The notes: generated by a model from the letters alone, not told the origin. A stretch of DNA of 64,000 bases from an uncultured Thermoproteaceae archaeon (GCA_964575955.1 CAZNTG010000006.1:96001-160000), one strand, 5' to 3'. Shown: positions 9,538 through 20,352, counted from the stretch's first letter. Numbers and translations: made by a program.

Positions 9538-9924
9538 ATGTCCATAGATAGTAGTGGGATGTGCTCGCAGACTGAGGACAACACTGTGAAGAGGCTACTA
9601 CCACTACTAGAATCTCTACTACAGGAGCATGTACTATTCAATCCACTTAGACTATGCATAATGCTCATACTGCTAATACATAAGAATGGTATACCATTCA
9701 TAGAACTTCAAAGACTATTGAAAGTTAGTCCAAGTACATTAGAGACAAATCTTGAAAGATTGGAACAGGAAGGTTATTTAGTTAAGCGTAGAGTTCTCAG
9801 AGATCTACATGTACGTGTCATAATTATGCCTACAGAGAAAGGTGTTGAACATACTAAAAATACTCTAAAGCTTCTAAATGAGATTATACAAATTGTTAAG
9901 AATATTATACGAGAACTATCGTAA
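9538..9924 (+). CDS. Winged-helix transcriptional regulator (ArsR/MarR-like)
   Basis: NPLRLCIMLIL...FIELQRLLKVSPSTLETNLERLEQEGYL...TEKG. Confidence 0.8.
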   Translation: MSIDSSGMCSQTEDNTVKRLLPLLESLLQEHVLFNPLRLCIMLILLIHKNGIPFIELQRLLKVSPSTLETNLERLEQEGYLVKRRVLRDLHVRVIIMPTEKGVEHTKNTLKLLNEIIQIVKNIIRELS

Positions 9925-9932
9925 ACATATAT

Positions 9933-10778
9933 CTATACACTAGGTCTATTTTGAGAGATCTGTCTAATAACTATATCTCTAATCTTTGGATATATTTCAA
10001 CAGCTTTCTCAAGAATATACTTAATATCATCTCTACTAAATACTCCAATAGTCTTCTGAATAGATACTACTTTTCCTTGAGAAATTCCTAAAGTTATCTT
10101 AGAATCTAGAACATTCTCTTCTTCAAGTGTTGGATCAACTATTATATTATTTGATATTTTTGCAAATGTTATAGTTAGTGGTAGTAGATCGATATTAACT
10201 TTCATATCCTGCTTTTCCTCTCTAATAACTCTATACTGATCCTGTTCTATAACTACCTTAGGAAGTTTTGAACAGGATAGTGCAGATACAGCAGCTATGC
10301 AGGATGCGTCTACAAGATTACCATCATGATTTAGAACGTATATGTCTACCCATAGGATATATGCAAGCTTTCCTGTCTGTATACATAGTGATTTGAAATC
10401 TATAAATCCACTATGTCTTATAGTCCTATCAACTATTCTAGCAATTTCAATAGCATTTTCATCAGGAGGTCCTGGTTCAATTCCAGGTGCTGCTAGTGGT
10501 GGTGTTTCTAGGTTAACTATCAATGCTCCTTCGTCTGGTGTGTCTGGGTATGGTGTTCCAACACCAACTTTAACACCTGCAACAACTATGGTATTTCCGA
10601 GTCTTACTATTGAACTTCCATCAGCAGTTTTTATTGTGTTTACTTCAATACTTATATTTCTAAAGTCTAGATGTGTTCTACCATCACTTCTCTTACCTTC
10701 TTCAATTAGTCTACGTATAGATTCTCTACGTAGTTGTGGTAGTATTTCAGGTTGTTGTGTTATGCTAATACTGCTCAT
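9933..10778 (-). CDS. rrp42: Exosome complex component Rrp42
   Basis: GKRSDGR, ADGSSIVRLGNT.VVAGVK, PYPDTPDEG, EPGPPDENAIEIARIVDR, HDGNLVDA. Confidence 0.95.
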   Translation of the reverse strand: MSSISITQQPEILPQLRRESIRRLIEEGKRSDGRTHLDFRNISIEVNTIKTADGSSIVRLGNTIVVAGVKVGVGTPYPDTPDEGALIVNLETPPLAAPGIEPGPPDENAIEIARIVDRTIRHSGFIDFKSLCIQTGKLAYILWVDIYVLNHDGNLVDASCIAAVSALSCSKLPKVVIEQDQYRVIREEKQDMKVNIDLLPLTITFAKISNNIIVDPTLEEENVLDSKITLGISQGKVVSIQKTIGVFSRDDIKYILEKAVEIYPKIRDIVIRQISQNRPSV

Positions 10779-10810
10779 ACTTTACAACATGTATATAGGA
10801 TTAATATATG

Positions 10811-11572
10811 TCACGACATAGCTCTTATAGATTCTATATACTTACCCTTCAACACATCTCTCATCTGTCTATATATGTTTTCTGCTGCTCTATATGCCAT
10901 ATCTATGGCTTTTTCAATCTCTTCAATAGTCCATTGACCATCGGCTTGTAGTAATGTTAGTAGTCCTCTACGACACATAAATGCTATTGGCATATCACCA
11001 TCACCATAACCATCTTCAACTCTATTTAAGTCAACTATTATCAAATTCTCAATCTTTCCAACAGACACACCAACTACAAGATCTCTCATTGGTATTCCAG
11101 CATCTGCAAGTGCTAGTGATGCTGCAGTTATTGATGCAACTCTCGTTGAGCCATCAGCCTGTAGTACTTCTATAAATACGTCAATGCTTGTTCTTGGAAA
11201 TTGTTCTAATATAACTACAGGTTCTAGAGCTTCTCTAATTATCTTAGATATTTCAATCTCTCTACGTGTAGGTTCAGGTCTCTTTCTCTCGTCTGGAGTA
11301 CTGAATGGTGTCATGTGATATCTAACTCTCAATATTGCACGATCAGGCAATGCTAGATGTCTTGGATGTACTTCTCTTGGACCATACACTGCTGCAACTA
11401 CTACAGTATCACCATAAGCTACAAGTGCACTACCATCAGCATTACTTAGAACTCCAACTTCCATTCTAACATTTCTATGCTGTTCAGGACTTCTACCATC
11501 AATTCTCTTACCTTCACGTGCAAGTTCTCTAATAATTCTTCTCAACTCTTCACCATGCTGTATCTGTGACAT
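10811..11572 (-). CDS. rrp41: Exosome complex exonuclease Rrp41
   Basis: [44 protein letters not shown]. Confidence 0.96.
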   Translation of the reverse strand: MSQIQHGEELRRIIRELAREGKRIDGRSPEQHRNVRMEVGVLSNADGSALVAYGDTVVVAAVYGPREVHPRHLALPDRAILRVRYHMTPFSTPDERKRPEPTRREIEISKIIREALEPVVILEQFPRTSIDVFIEVLQADGSTRVASITAASLALADAGIPMRDLVVGVSVGKIENLIIVDLNRVEDGYGDGDMPIAFMCRRGLLTLLQADGQWTIEEIEKAIDMAYRAAENIYRQMRDVLKGKYIESIRAMS

Positions 11573-11614
11573 AGATAATCAACCTGTGTAGAGTGTTTAA
11601 GCATTTAACTAGTA

Positions 11615-12256
11615 CTACCATATCAATGTGAGATGCATAGATAGTATTAACAATATTGCAGATATTGCAAATAGTCCAATCCAAGCTCCTGGATTAGTTC
11701 TAAAAACTTTCAAACCATCAAACATGGGTAATGGAAGTAGGTTAAATACGGCTAACATAGCATTTATCTGAGCTATCAATATCATAAGTCTTAAATATAT
11801 GCTAGGTATGAAGCTTAGCGCATATGATGCTGCTGCAATAACTATATTAGTTATTGGACCTGCAGATGCTATTAGAAACTCATCTTGAACAATCTCTCTA
11901 GGAGATTTGATAGTCATTGGACTTGGATATATGTATACAGCTCCAGGTGCTAGAAATATTATTGGTAGTATTATTCCAACATACTCTAACATTGCTACAG
12001 CTATCGCTGTTAATAGTGATATTGCAAGACCAAGTTTCCAAGCTCTGAAAAATGCTATATATCCAAGCTTTCTAGCAGTCATTCTATGTGCAAGTTCGTG
12101 AAATAGAAATCCTGATAAGACACCACCAATTATGTATGGTATGAGTATTATGCTTGGTGATGCTGGTAAGTATATTAATAAGAATGTTACGACTAGGACT
12201 GATATAGCTAGTGCAAAATCTTTCAATTCCTCCTTCGGTGAGTATACTACATACAT
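11615..12256 (-). CDS. Site-2 protease family (M50) membrane metalloprotease
   Basis: HELAH, AGPITN and FNLLPLPMFDG motifs, several TM segments. Confidence 0.9.
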   Translation of the reverse strand: MYVVYSPKEELKDFALAISVLVVTFLLIYLPASPSIILIPYIIGGVLSGFLFHELAHRMTARKLGYIAFFRAWKLGLAISLLTAIAVAMLEYVGIILPIIFLAPGAVYIYPSPMTIKSPREIVQDEFLIASAGPITNIVIAAASYALSFIPSIYLRLMILIAQINAMLAVFNLLPLPMFDGLKVFRTNPGAWIGLFAISAILLILSMHLTLIW

Positions 12257-12308
12257 AACTTTACTTCAACTCATCCTACATTAATAATAATTGTTACCCC
12301 AATCAACT

Positions 12309-12830
12309 CTATATCTTACTAGCAGGTAGATATCTCTCACGTGCTGAACATACATATTCCAATACTAGTAATGTCTCAGTTTTAACAACTTCAGGATGCG
12401 ATGGTAAGTACTTTATTAAGAAATCACTAAGCTGTTTCATATCTCTAGCCCAAACTTTCAAAATTATGTCATAAGATCCTGTAACTATATGTGCCTCCTC
12501 TACCCATGGTAGTTCAGGTTTCTCATCTGTATCTCTTAAAATTCTCTCTATCAGAACTTCCTGACTTGACCTACCTGATATTGGCGCTATTCTACGTGCA
12601 CTAATCATCACAAATGCCAGCACGTTATATCCAAGTCTTCTAATATCAACAATAGCTCTATAACCAGTAATTAGCTGTTCCCTCTCCAACTTCTCAATTC
12701 TACTCATTATAGTTGTACGTGGCTTATTTAAGATAGTTGCAAGTTTCGCAATTTTAACTCGAGCATCTTTTTGAAGATATTCAAGAAGCTTCTTATCAAG
12801 ATCGTCAAGTAGTACCATCATAATAGACAT
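12309..12830 (-). CDS. Lrp/AsnC family transcriptional regulator
   Basis: LDDLDKKLLEYLQKDAR helix-turn-helix, VTGSYD RAM domain. Confidence 0.92.
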   Translation of the reverse strand: MSIMMVLLDDLDKKLLEYLQKDARVKIAKLATILNKPRTTIMSRIEKLEREQLITGYRAIVDIRRLGYNVLAFVMISARRIAPISGRSSQEVLIERILRDTDEKPELPWVEEAHIVTGSYDIILKVWARDMKQLSDFLIKYLPSHPEVVKTETLLVLEYVCSARERYLPASKI

Positions 12831-12888
12831 ATCGAGAATCTTTTTTAAGACTCTGACCGTGAATTAGCCTAACCTAAACCTACCAATA

Positions 12889-12903
12889 TTGACATATTGT
12901 CAA
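12889..12903. promoter_or_regulatory. Palindromic operator TTGACA-TAT-TGTCAA
   Basis: Perfect 6-3-6 inverted repeat in the divergent intergenic region between the Lrp and radical SAM genes. Confidence 0.55.
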
Positions 12904-12960
12904 ATTTTTATGTAGAAATTTGAAACTATACTATAAATACCACTCACAGATATAAAACAT

Positions 12961-14124
12961 ATGGAGAGATTCATGCTTAGAGAATGGGAATTATTGAGAC
13001 CTGACGCATTTACAGTATGGGAGTATAGAGAGGTTAGAGAGAGATTAGCCTGGTATTATGCTGTTATGAGAGATGAAGCACCAGCAAAATTTCACATATG
13101 TGCAAGACTAGAAGTGCCGTATAAGAGAGATGAGATTGAAAGTATGAGTATTGAAGAGCTTTGGAAAATACATGATAAGTATAGTGAAGAGTTTGATAAG
13201 ATTTGGTATGAAGTAAGGCAAAACTATAATAAAGATGTGTATAGAAGATGGACACAGTCAGAACTTCCTGAGATAAGTCTTCTAGATATTAAGATAATTC
13301 TAGCATATAGAATATTGAGAGAGTGTATATACTGTGAGAGGAAGTGTAGAGTTAATAGATTTGAAAGACGTGGTGCATGTCTTGTAGATCATAGAGTTAG
13401 AGTATCCGACTACTTTCACCACCCTGGTGAAGAAGCACCACTAGTACCATCAGGAACAATATTCTTTACAGGATGTACATTTAGATGTGTATATTGTCAA
13501 AATTGGAGTATATCACAATACCCAGACAATGGTGATCTTGTAAATGCTAAACAGCTAGCAATAATACAGAAATGGCTTAGAGAGACAGGTGCTAGAAATA
13601 TAAATTGGGTTGGTGGTGATCCAACACCTGCAATTCACGTAATATTAGAATCTCTAAAATATTTAGCAATGTGGAGCATAAATGTACCACAACTATGGAA
13701 TAGTAACATGTACCTCACAGTTGAGGGTATGAAATTGATAGTTCACATAATAGATATATGGCTACCAGATATGAAGTATGGAAATGATAGATGTGCTGAA
13801 AAGTACTCGATAGTTAAGAGGTATTGGGAAGTTATAACTAGAAATATGAAGATGCTTGCAGATAGAGATGAAGATTGCATAATTAGACATCTAGTACTTC
13901 CAAACCATGTAGAATGCTGTACCAAGCCTGTACTTAAGTGGATTGCTGAGAATTATAGAAAAGCACTTGTAAACATAATGGATCAATATAGACCTGAATG
14001 GCAAGTAGCTAAACATCCAGATAGGTGGAGAGAAATTGCTAGAAGACCAAGTAGAAGAGAAATTGAAGAAGCCTATAAATATGCTACAGAGTTAGGAATA
14101 TGTTGGGAACCAGTAACTAGGTGA
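12961..14124 (+). CDS. Radical SAM protein, PflX-like family
   Basis: Auxiliary CIYCERKCRVNR..GAC; GEE.PLVPSGTIFFTGCTFRCVYCQNW; NINWVGGDPT; IRHLVLPNH..CCT; NIMDQYRP. Confidence 0.9.
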   Translation: MERFMLREWELLRPDAFTVWEYREVRERLAWYYAVMRDEAPAKFHICARLEVPYKRDEIESMSIEELWKIHDKYSEEFDKIWYEVRQNYNKDVYRRWTQSELPEISLLDIKIILAYRILRECIYCERKCRVNRFERRGACLVDHRVRVSDYFHHPGEEAPLVPSGTIFFTGCTFRCVYCQNWSISQYPDNGDLVNAKQLAIIQKWLRETGARNINWVGGDPTPAIHVILESLKYLAMWSINVPQLWNSNMYLTVEGMKLIVHIIDIWLPDMKYGNDRCAEKYSIVKRYWEVITRNMKMLADRDEDCIIRHLVLPNHVECCTKPVLKWIAENYRKALVNIMDQYRPEWQVAKHPDRWREIARRPSRREIEEAYKYATELGICWEPVTR

Positions 14125-14130
14125 AGATAC

Positions 14131-14547
14131 ATGCCAACCTGGCCATCATGGATAGTTAAACCACATGAATTACCATTAGAACCACTTGATAAGCCTAGTC
14201 CTGAAATTACTAGAGTATGTGCTGGTTGTAGAGATGATAGAGGTTTAGAATCTGAGATTGATATTCTAGATTTAACACATTCAAGATATTTAACAATAGT
14301 AGATATTGATAAAGATAGAAATATTGTAAATGTTGAATCTATAAAAAATGTATTTTCAACAATTCCAAGAAAGACAGCACTGATAGTTGCTTATTGGATA
14401 GTTGAGAGTGGTGTATCTATTGTTATAGCATCAGGATATTGTCATAATATGACATACTATCTCGATCAGTCAGGTGTTGTTAGACTTACTGCTACTGGTG
14501 GTGAAAGATTGATTGATGTTCTTAAGAAGTTTAATCTTATCTCCTAA
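14131..14547 (+). CDS. NifB/NifX-family metal-cluster-binding protein (divergent)
   Basis: RGLESEI..., LTIVDI, N, SGVSIVIASG fold pattern. Confidence 0.6.
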   Translation: MPTWPSWIVKPHELPLEPLDKPSPEITRVCAGCRDDRGLESEIDILDLTHSRYLTIVDIDKDRNIVNVESIKNVFSTIPRKTALIVAYWIVESGVSIVIASGYCHNMTYYLDQSGVVRLTATGGERLIDVLKKFNLIS

Positions 14548-14730
14548 CTTATCCTCACCTACAACCCTTATCAATTCTTCAAACTCTTCAGGAGTTAGTA
14601 CGTATACATAGTCAACATTTAGAAGCTTCTCATCTGTTGGCAGGTTAACTATCAGTTTAAGATACTTATACCTTCTTTCACCTCTCCTAACTACGTAGTA
14701 TGTCTTTGTTATCTTAACCTTGTAGACCAT
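14470..14730 (-). CDS. Small hypothetical protein
   Basis: Starts 2 nt after the argS stop in the same orientation; 3' end overlaps the convergent gene. Confidence 0.55.
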   Translation of the reverse strand: MVYKVKITKTYYVVRRGERRYKYLKLIVNLPTDEKLLNVDYVYVLTPEEFEELIRVVGEDKLGDKIKLLKNINQSFTTSSSKSNNT

Positions 14731-14732
14731 AT

Positions 14733-16661
14733 CTACATCCTCTCGAGTATTGGTATTCCTAGGATATTCATAATATTTTCAAGAACCTTCTTAACAGATA
14801 TTACTAATGCTATTCTAAATCCTCTATATGGCTCTTCAGCATGTATTACAGGATACTTCTCGTAGAATGAGTTGAATGTTAGTGCTATCTTATTCACATG
14901 TTCAACAATATAGTCTGGTCTTAAATCATTCGCTGCCTGTGTAATAATTTCAGGAACCTCACCTATATATTTCACAAGCTCAATCTCTTCAGGACCTAGA
15001 ACATCTGGCACAGTATATTTCAAAACATCTACAATACCTGCCTTTTCAAGTATTGATCTAGCTCTAACATATGTATACTGTATGAATGGGCCACTATTCT
15101 GCTTCAAGTTTAAAACCTTATCCCATGTAAATGTTATTGGTTTTGTTGGACTTACTGATAGTAGTGAATATCTTATAGCTCCAACAGCTACAGCTTCAGC
15201 AACTTTCTCAAGCTCACTCCTATCTAAAAATCTTCCAGATATCATACTCATAATTCTTCTCTTAGCCTCATCAATAAGCTCATCAAGAGTTACATATCTA
15301 CCTCTTCTACCACTCATCTTAACTCCCGGAATATTCACAAGCTCGTATGCGTAGTGTATCATTCTCTCAGCCCAATCAACATACCCCATAGCGTATAGCA
15401 TAGTTCTAATTTGTGCTTGTGGATGTTGTTGTTCTGCAGCTATTACACGTATCAGTTTTGTTGGATTGAATTTTTCAAAACACCATATAGCATATGTTAA
15501 GTCTCTAGTTATGTATAGTGTAGTACCATCACTTCTAGTTAACGTTACTTTAGGTAGATGTCTAGGTAGTTTAAGTTTTGACCATAGATCTAGATCTTGA
15601 GCATATTTATCAGCTCTAAATATTATAACATTACCAATCTTCTCTATATAATTTCCAGCTTTTGATATTAATTTTCTAATAACTTCATACACCTTTCCTG
15701 AATATACAGTTATATCACTCTCCCAATCCCATGAGTCAAAACTTATACCAAGTCTATTTAATGTCATTTTAAATCCATCAATAACTAGATTAACCATCTC
15801 ACGTACAATTCTTCTAACTTCATCAACACCTTCTTCATACATTCTTGAAATCTTCTTAACCTCTTCCTCAATATTTTTAATACTTCTCAATTTGTCTATC
15901 AACGTTAATACTAGTTCTCTATCTTTCTGTTCTAATTCTGCTATAACTGCTACTAGATCATCACGTTGAGCTACTACTTCTCTATACTTCTCAGGATCTC
16001 TATCCTTCAATTCTTCAAGCTCTCTAGTAAGCTTCTGAATTTCACCTACTGTACATGTAGTTGCATATACTATACCAATAACATGGTCAGGTTTTAATCC
16101 ACTTCTAACTCTCTCATATACTAGATCTCTAACTAGTGAAAATCCAAGTGTTGCATATGCAACTTGATCACCACAATCATCTAAGTAGAAGTGTGTTCTA
16201 ACTTCACAACCACAAAATCTTAACAATCTTGCAAGTGTATCACCTAGAACTGCATTTCTACCATGACCAACATGTAGTGGATGTAGTGGATTTGCACTTG
16301 TATGCTCAACAATGTACTTTCCTTCCATAGGCTTTTCAGGTTTTCCATAATTCTCACCATATCTCAATACTGTATCTATAACCATCTTAGCATATTTAGG
16401 AGGATCAATATCAAAATTTAGAAATCCATTAACATACTCAGGAGGTTTTAGATATCTAAATTCGAATTCTCTAGAAACATCTTCAACAACTTTAGGAAAG
16501 TCCGAATACTCTCTAGCAATACTGTGTAGGGGTACTGAGAGATATCCAAATTTTGGCTGTGCACGAACTATAGAAGTGTTTGATAGATCAACACTAAGCT
16601 TCCTACCTAACTCATCTAGAAACATCCTAACTTCTCTAATAAGCTCAGCGTATGGATTCAC
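14733..16661 (-). CDS. argS: Arginine--tRNA ligase
   Basis: VEHTSANPLHPLHVGHGRN, RSDGTTLY.TRD, KMSGRRG, NSGPFIQY. Confidence 0.97.
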   Translation of the reverse strand: MNPYAELIREVRMFLDELGRKLSVDLSNTSIVRAQPKFGYLSVPLHSIAREYSDFPKVVEDVSREFEFRYLKPPEYVNGFLNFDIDPPKYAKMVIDTVLRYGENYGKPEKPMEGKYIVEHTSANPLHPLHVGHGRNAVLGDTLARLLRFCGCEVRTHFYLDDCGDQVAYATLGFSLVRDLVYERVRSGLKPDHVIGIVYATTCTVGEIQKLTRELEELKDRDPEKYREVVAQRDDLVAVIAELEQKDRELVLTLIDKLRSIKNIEEEVKKISRMYEEGVDEVRRIVREMVNLVIDGFKMTLNRLGISFDSWDWESDITVYSGKVYEVIRKLISKAGNYIEKIGNVIIFRADKYAQDLDLWSKLKLPRHLPKVTLTRSDGTTLYITRDLTYAIWCFEKFNPTKLIRVIAAEQQHPQAQIRTMLYAMGYVDWAERMIHYAYELVNIPGVKMSGRRGRYVTLDELIDEAKRRIMSMISGRFLDRSELEKVAEAVAVGAIRYSLLSVSPTKPITFTWDKVLNLKQNSGPFIQYTYVRARSILEKAGIVDVLKYTVPDVLGPEEIELVKYIGEVPEIITQAANDLRPDYIVEHVNKIALTFNSFYEKYPVIHAEEPYRGFRIALVISVKKVLENIMNILGIPILERM

Positions 16662-16747
16662 AACACTGTATTTAGAGAGGTTGTTTAAAAGACTAGCTGT
16701 ATCTGAGAGAGCGGTTTATAATTCATCATATAGTGTAGTAGAGAGAT

Positions 16748-17269
16748 ATGACACGTAGGGTAGAGGTAGGACCACAACTTATAAGTTCAACATCTCCATA
16801 CTTCCACGATATAGTTAGTTGGGCATGGAGAAGAGCTAGAGAACTAGCCACAAGGATGGGTAGTAGTGTAGAAACTCTAAGGCCAGACCACCTATATGGT
16901 GAAGAAGCTCAAAACATAGGATACATGCTTAAGGTTGGTGAGATATATCCTGGAAATGTACTTCCTGAAAGAACATACCTAGTAATATATGGAATATTTA
17001 ATACAGATGAGACACTAGACTATGTACAGATTAGTGATGGTAGAAGAACATACGACTGGTATGTACTTCCAGTACTATACTTTACAGAGAGAATAGCTGT
17101 GTGGGGTGAAGGACCTATAGTACTAGATGCATATAGTACAAAACTTGTAGTTCACTCACTAGATCCTAATAGAGATAGAGTATATGCATGGCTTCTAGGA
17201 TTTGTAATTAAACCAAGACAACAACAGTCTCAAGAAGTATCAACAGAGAGGAGAAGAAGGAGGAGATAG
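16748..17269 (+). CDS. Hypothetical beta-rich protein with Arg-rich C-terminus
   Basis: Clean ORF with TTTATA box upstream; ends ERRRRRR. Confidence 0.7.
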   Translation: MTRRVEVGPQLISSTSPYFHDIVSWAWRRARELATRMGSSVETLRPDHLYGEEAQNIGYMLKVGEIYPGNVLPERTYLVIYGIFNTDETLDYVQISDGRRTYDWYVLPVLYFTERIAVWGEGPIVLDAYSTKLVVHSLDPNRDRVYAWLLGFVIKPRQQQSQEVSTERRRRRR

Positions 17270-17326
17270 ACATAGTAAAAATTCTTAGGGTAATAGTGTT
17301 AAATTCTCTACTCAACTTGTCTAAAT

Positions 17327-18577
17327 ATGTCTACAATTGTTGAAAAGATATTGTCAGAAAAGTGTGGTAGAACTGTAACACCTGGAGAGATTGTTGAAGC
17401 AAGTGTAGACTTAGTGATGTTTCATGATTTGACAGGTTTTCACGTACTTGAAGTTATGGAGAAGATTGGTAAAGTACAGGTATTTAATCCAGATAGGATA
17501 GTTGTAGTATTTGACCACTTTGTACCACCGCCAGATACTAGATCTGCAAATATTCAGAAGAAGTTGAGAGATTTTGTGAAGAGTATGAATATTAAAAACT
17601 TTCATGATGTTTGTGAAGGTATATGTCATGTTATACTAATTGAGAGAGGATATATAAGACCTGGAATGTTTGTAGTTGGTGCTGACAGCCACACCACAAC
17701 TGGTGGTGCTGTTGGTGCATTTTCAACAGGTATGGGTGCTAGTGATGTTGCAGCTGCAACACTTACAGGTAAGATTTGGACTATCGTTCCTGAGACTATA
17801 AAGGTAGTTATTGAAGGTGAACTTCAGAAAGGTGTTATGGCTAAAGACATAGTACTGAAGATAATTGGTGAACATGGTTCAGATGCTGCAAATTTCAAAG
17901 TTGTTGAATATCACGGTTCAACATTAAAGAAGTTAAATATTGATGAGAGAATGACACTATCAAACATGAGTGTTGAGATGGGTGCTGAGTGTGGTATTGT
18001 AGTTCCTGATGAGATAACTATAAACTACTTCTACGAACTTGGTATAAGAGATATAAAGCCAGTACTTCCTGATCCAAATGCTGAATATTGTGATGAGTGG
18101 CACGTAGATGTTAGTAAGCTAGAACCTCAAGTAGCAGTACCCCACAATATTGATAATGTTAAGCCTATTAGTGAGGTTGAGGGTATTGAAGTTGATGAAG
18201 TATTTATAGGATCTTGCACAAATGGTAGATTAACAGATCTTGAAATTGCTGCTAAGATAATGAAAGGTAGAAAGATTAAGGTTAGTAGATGTGTAGTAAT
18301 TGCTGCTAGTAGAAAAATATTCTTAGAGGCATTGAAGAGAGGTATTATACAGACATTAGTAGAGGCTGGATGTGTAGTAACATATGGAACATGTGGACCA
18401 TGTCTAGGTGGTCATTTTGGACTTATAGGTGATGGTGAAGTTGCAGTATCTACAGGAAGTAGAAACTTTAAAGGTAGAATGGGCAGTCCAAATGGCTATG
18501 TATATGTTGCAAGTCCTGCAGTTGCTGCAGCTACAGCAGTTGAAGGTAAATTAGCAGATCCTAGAAAGTATCTATAG
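17327..18577 (+). CDS. leuC: 3-isopropylmalate dehydratase / homoaconitase large subunit
   Basis: DHFVP, GICH, GADSHT, IGSCTNGR, CGPCLG, SRNFKGRMG, ASPAVAAATA; LeuC vs HacA specificity not resolvable here. Confidence 0.88.
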   Translation: MSTIVEKILSEKCGRTVTPGEIVEASVDLVMFHDLTGFHVLEVMEKIGKVQVFNPDRIVVVFDHFVPPPDTRSANIQKKLRDFVKSMNIKNFHDVCEGICHVILIERGYIRPGMFVVGADSHTTTGGAVGAFSTGMGASDVAAATLTGKIWTIVPETIKVVIEGELQKGVMAKDIVLKIIGEHGSDAANFKVVEYHGSTLKKLNIDERMTLSNMSVEMGAECGIVVPDEITINYFYELGIRDIKPVLPDPNAEYCDEWHVDVSKLEPQVAVPHNIDNVKPISEVEGIEVDEVFIGSCTNGRLTDLEIAAKIMKGRKIKVSRCVVIAASRKIFLEALKRGIIQTLVEAGCVVTYGTCGPCLGGHFGLIGDGEVAVSTGSRNFKGRMGSPNGYVYVASPAVAAATAVEGKLADPRKYL

Positions 18578-18581
18578 TAGA

Positions 18582-19640
18582 TTGATGATAATACTGATTA
18601 GGAAAATATTGAGAAGAATTGTAAAGATTATTAAGAAGAATAGAGTACTAATCTCAATACTAATATTTATAGTAGTTACAATAATTAATGGAGCACTATT
18701 CTACTATGCAGAACATGTAGTTGGTGGTAATAGAAATTTAACACTCTTCAAAGCACTATATTGGGCTATTGTTACTGCAACAACTGTGGGATATGGTGAT
18801 ATTGTTCCTAAGACATTTCTAGGACATGTAATAACTATAGAGACAATATTTGTAGGTATTGCAACATTTACAATCATGGTTTCACTAATAGCAGAAGCAT
18901 TTATAAGTAGGACGATCAGGGGAATGTTTGGTCTTGGAAAAGTGAGAAAGACAGACGTCCTAGTTATAGGGTATGGAGAGATTTGTAAAGAAGCTATTGA
19001 TGAGTTAAAGATGAATAGACCAGACTACAGGATTACATGGCTTGTAGAGAGAAGACCTAGAGAAATTCCTGAAGATGTTGAATATGTTGTTGGTAATCCA
19101 ACAGATCCAACAACACTTGAGAGAGCTGGTGCTAGAACTGCTAGATATGTGTTAATATGTATGAGTAGCGATTCAAAAATTATACATACAGTACTCTCAT
19201 TGAGGAAGATTAATAAGAAAGCTAGAATTGCAGCAATTGCATGGTCTAAGAGAGCTCAAGAACTTCTAAAAGAGGCTGGTGTTGCAATTGTAGTTCCATT
19301 GAGAATTATTGGTAGAATGCTTGCAAGTGCAGCATTTGAACCTGTAATACCAATATTTCTAGAACAGGCAACAACAATTAGAGGTGTTGCAGATCTTATA
19401 GAGGTTGATGTTGATGAGAAGTTTGAGGGTAAGAGTATTAGAGATCTAGTATCTAGATTAGAGTCTAGTGAAGGTAAGAGATTCATACCATTAATGCTAT
19501 GTCATAGTGATGGTAAGACAATACTTGCACCTAGTTGGGATCTAAAACTTGAACTTGGAGATAGACTACTACTATTGAAGATTAATGTCGAAACTACAGA
19601 TATTGCTAAGACTATAACTAGCGAACCTTCAACTTCTTAA
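18582..19640 (+). CDS. Potassium channel with RCK (TrkA-N/C) domains
   Basis: YWAIVTATTVGYGDIVP selectivity filter; VIGYG and GNPTD RCK motifs. Confidence 0.92.
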   Translation: MMIILIRKILRRIVKIIKKNRVLISILIFIVVTIINGALFYYAEHVVGGNRNLTLFKALYWAIVTATTVGYGDIVPKTFLGHVITIETIFVGIATFTIMVSLIAEAFISRTIRGMFGLGKVRKTDVLVIGYGEICKEAIDELKMNRPDYRITWLVERRPREIPEDVEYVVGNPTDPTTLERAGARTARYVLICMSSDSKIIHTVLSLRKINKKARIAAIAWSKRAQELLKEAGVAIVVPLRIIGRMLASAAFEPVIPIFLEQATTIRGVADLIEVDVDEKFEGKSIRDLVSRLESSEGKRFIPLMLCHSDGKTILAPSWDLKLELGDRLLLLKINVETTDIAKTITSEPSTS

Positions 19641-20352
19641 GTTCTTGAAGTATTGGTATCTCTCTCAACTTCTCAGGTGGAAGTTTCTCCCATATTATAC
19701 CTCTAGGTCTATCTTTCACTCTTCTAGTCTCTATAATTCTTGTAGGTGTTACTATGAGATCTACAGGTAGGTCAAATTCATCATATGGAATTTCAAAATC
19801 TGTCAATACTTGTAGATCATGTACTGTTGTTACTATGATTGTACTATAATCAACTTTACCACATTCTGAAAGTATTGCCCATTCAAGTTCTGCATAACCT
19901 TCACCTTTACCAAGTCTAATACCTCTAAGATCAACAGCTACTGAGCCAATAACTACTAAATCTACTTTTGGAAGATTCCAAGGTTTTACACTTATTCCCC
20001 ATCTATATGCTCCAGATATTGTTGATGCTTCTCTATATGCATATTTAGGTATTTTTGATGGATCTAGAAGTAGAAATCCATTCCTAATCCTAGGTGTTGG
20101 CATTATTAGGATCTTTCCCTGTTCAAGACATATCTCTCTAATTCTTCTTTGAGGACTGTCAGGGTTTACCTTAACAACTTTCGCATTTTTAAATATTTCA
20201 AGTTTTGCAAGATTTTCACATGCAATATCTGAACCTTCGAAGTTTGGAATTCTACCATATACAGGTCTTGGAAAAGTTGCAATATTCTTCTCCTCTAACA
20301 ATCTCCAAATTCTCCACCTAATCTCACTCTTTACCTTAGATATACTACTCAC
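19618..20352 (-). CDS. 5-formyltetrahydrofolate cyclo-ligase paralog (MTHFSD-like)
   Basis: [52 protein letters not shown]. Confidence 0.88.
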   Translation of the reverse strand: MSSISKVKSEIRWRIWRLLEEKNIATFPRPVYGRIPNFEGSDIACENLAKLEIFKNAKVVKVNPDSPQRRIREICLEQGKILIMPTPRIRNGFLLLDPSKIPKYAYREASTISGAYRWGISVKPWNLPKVDLVVIGSVAVDLRGIRLGKGEGYAELEWAILSECGKVDYSTIIVTTVHDLQVLTDFEIPYDEFDLPVDLIVTPTRIIETRRVKDRPRGIIWEKLPPEKLREIPILQELKKLKVR

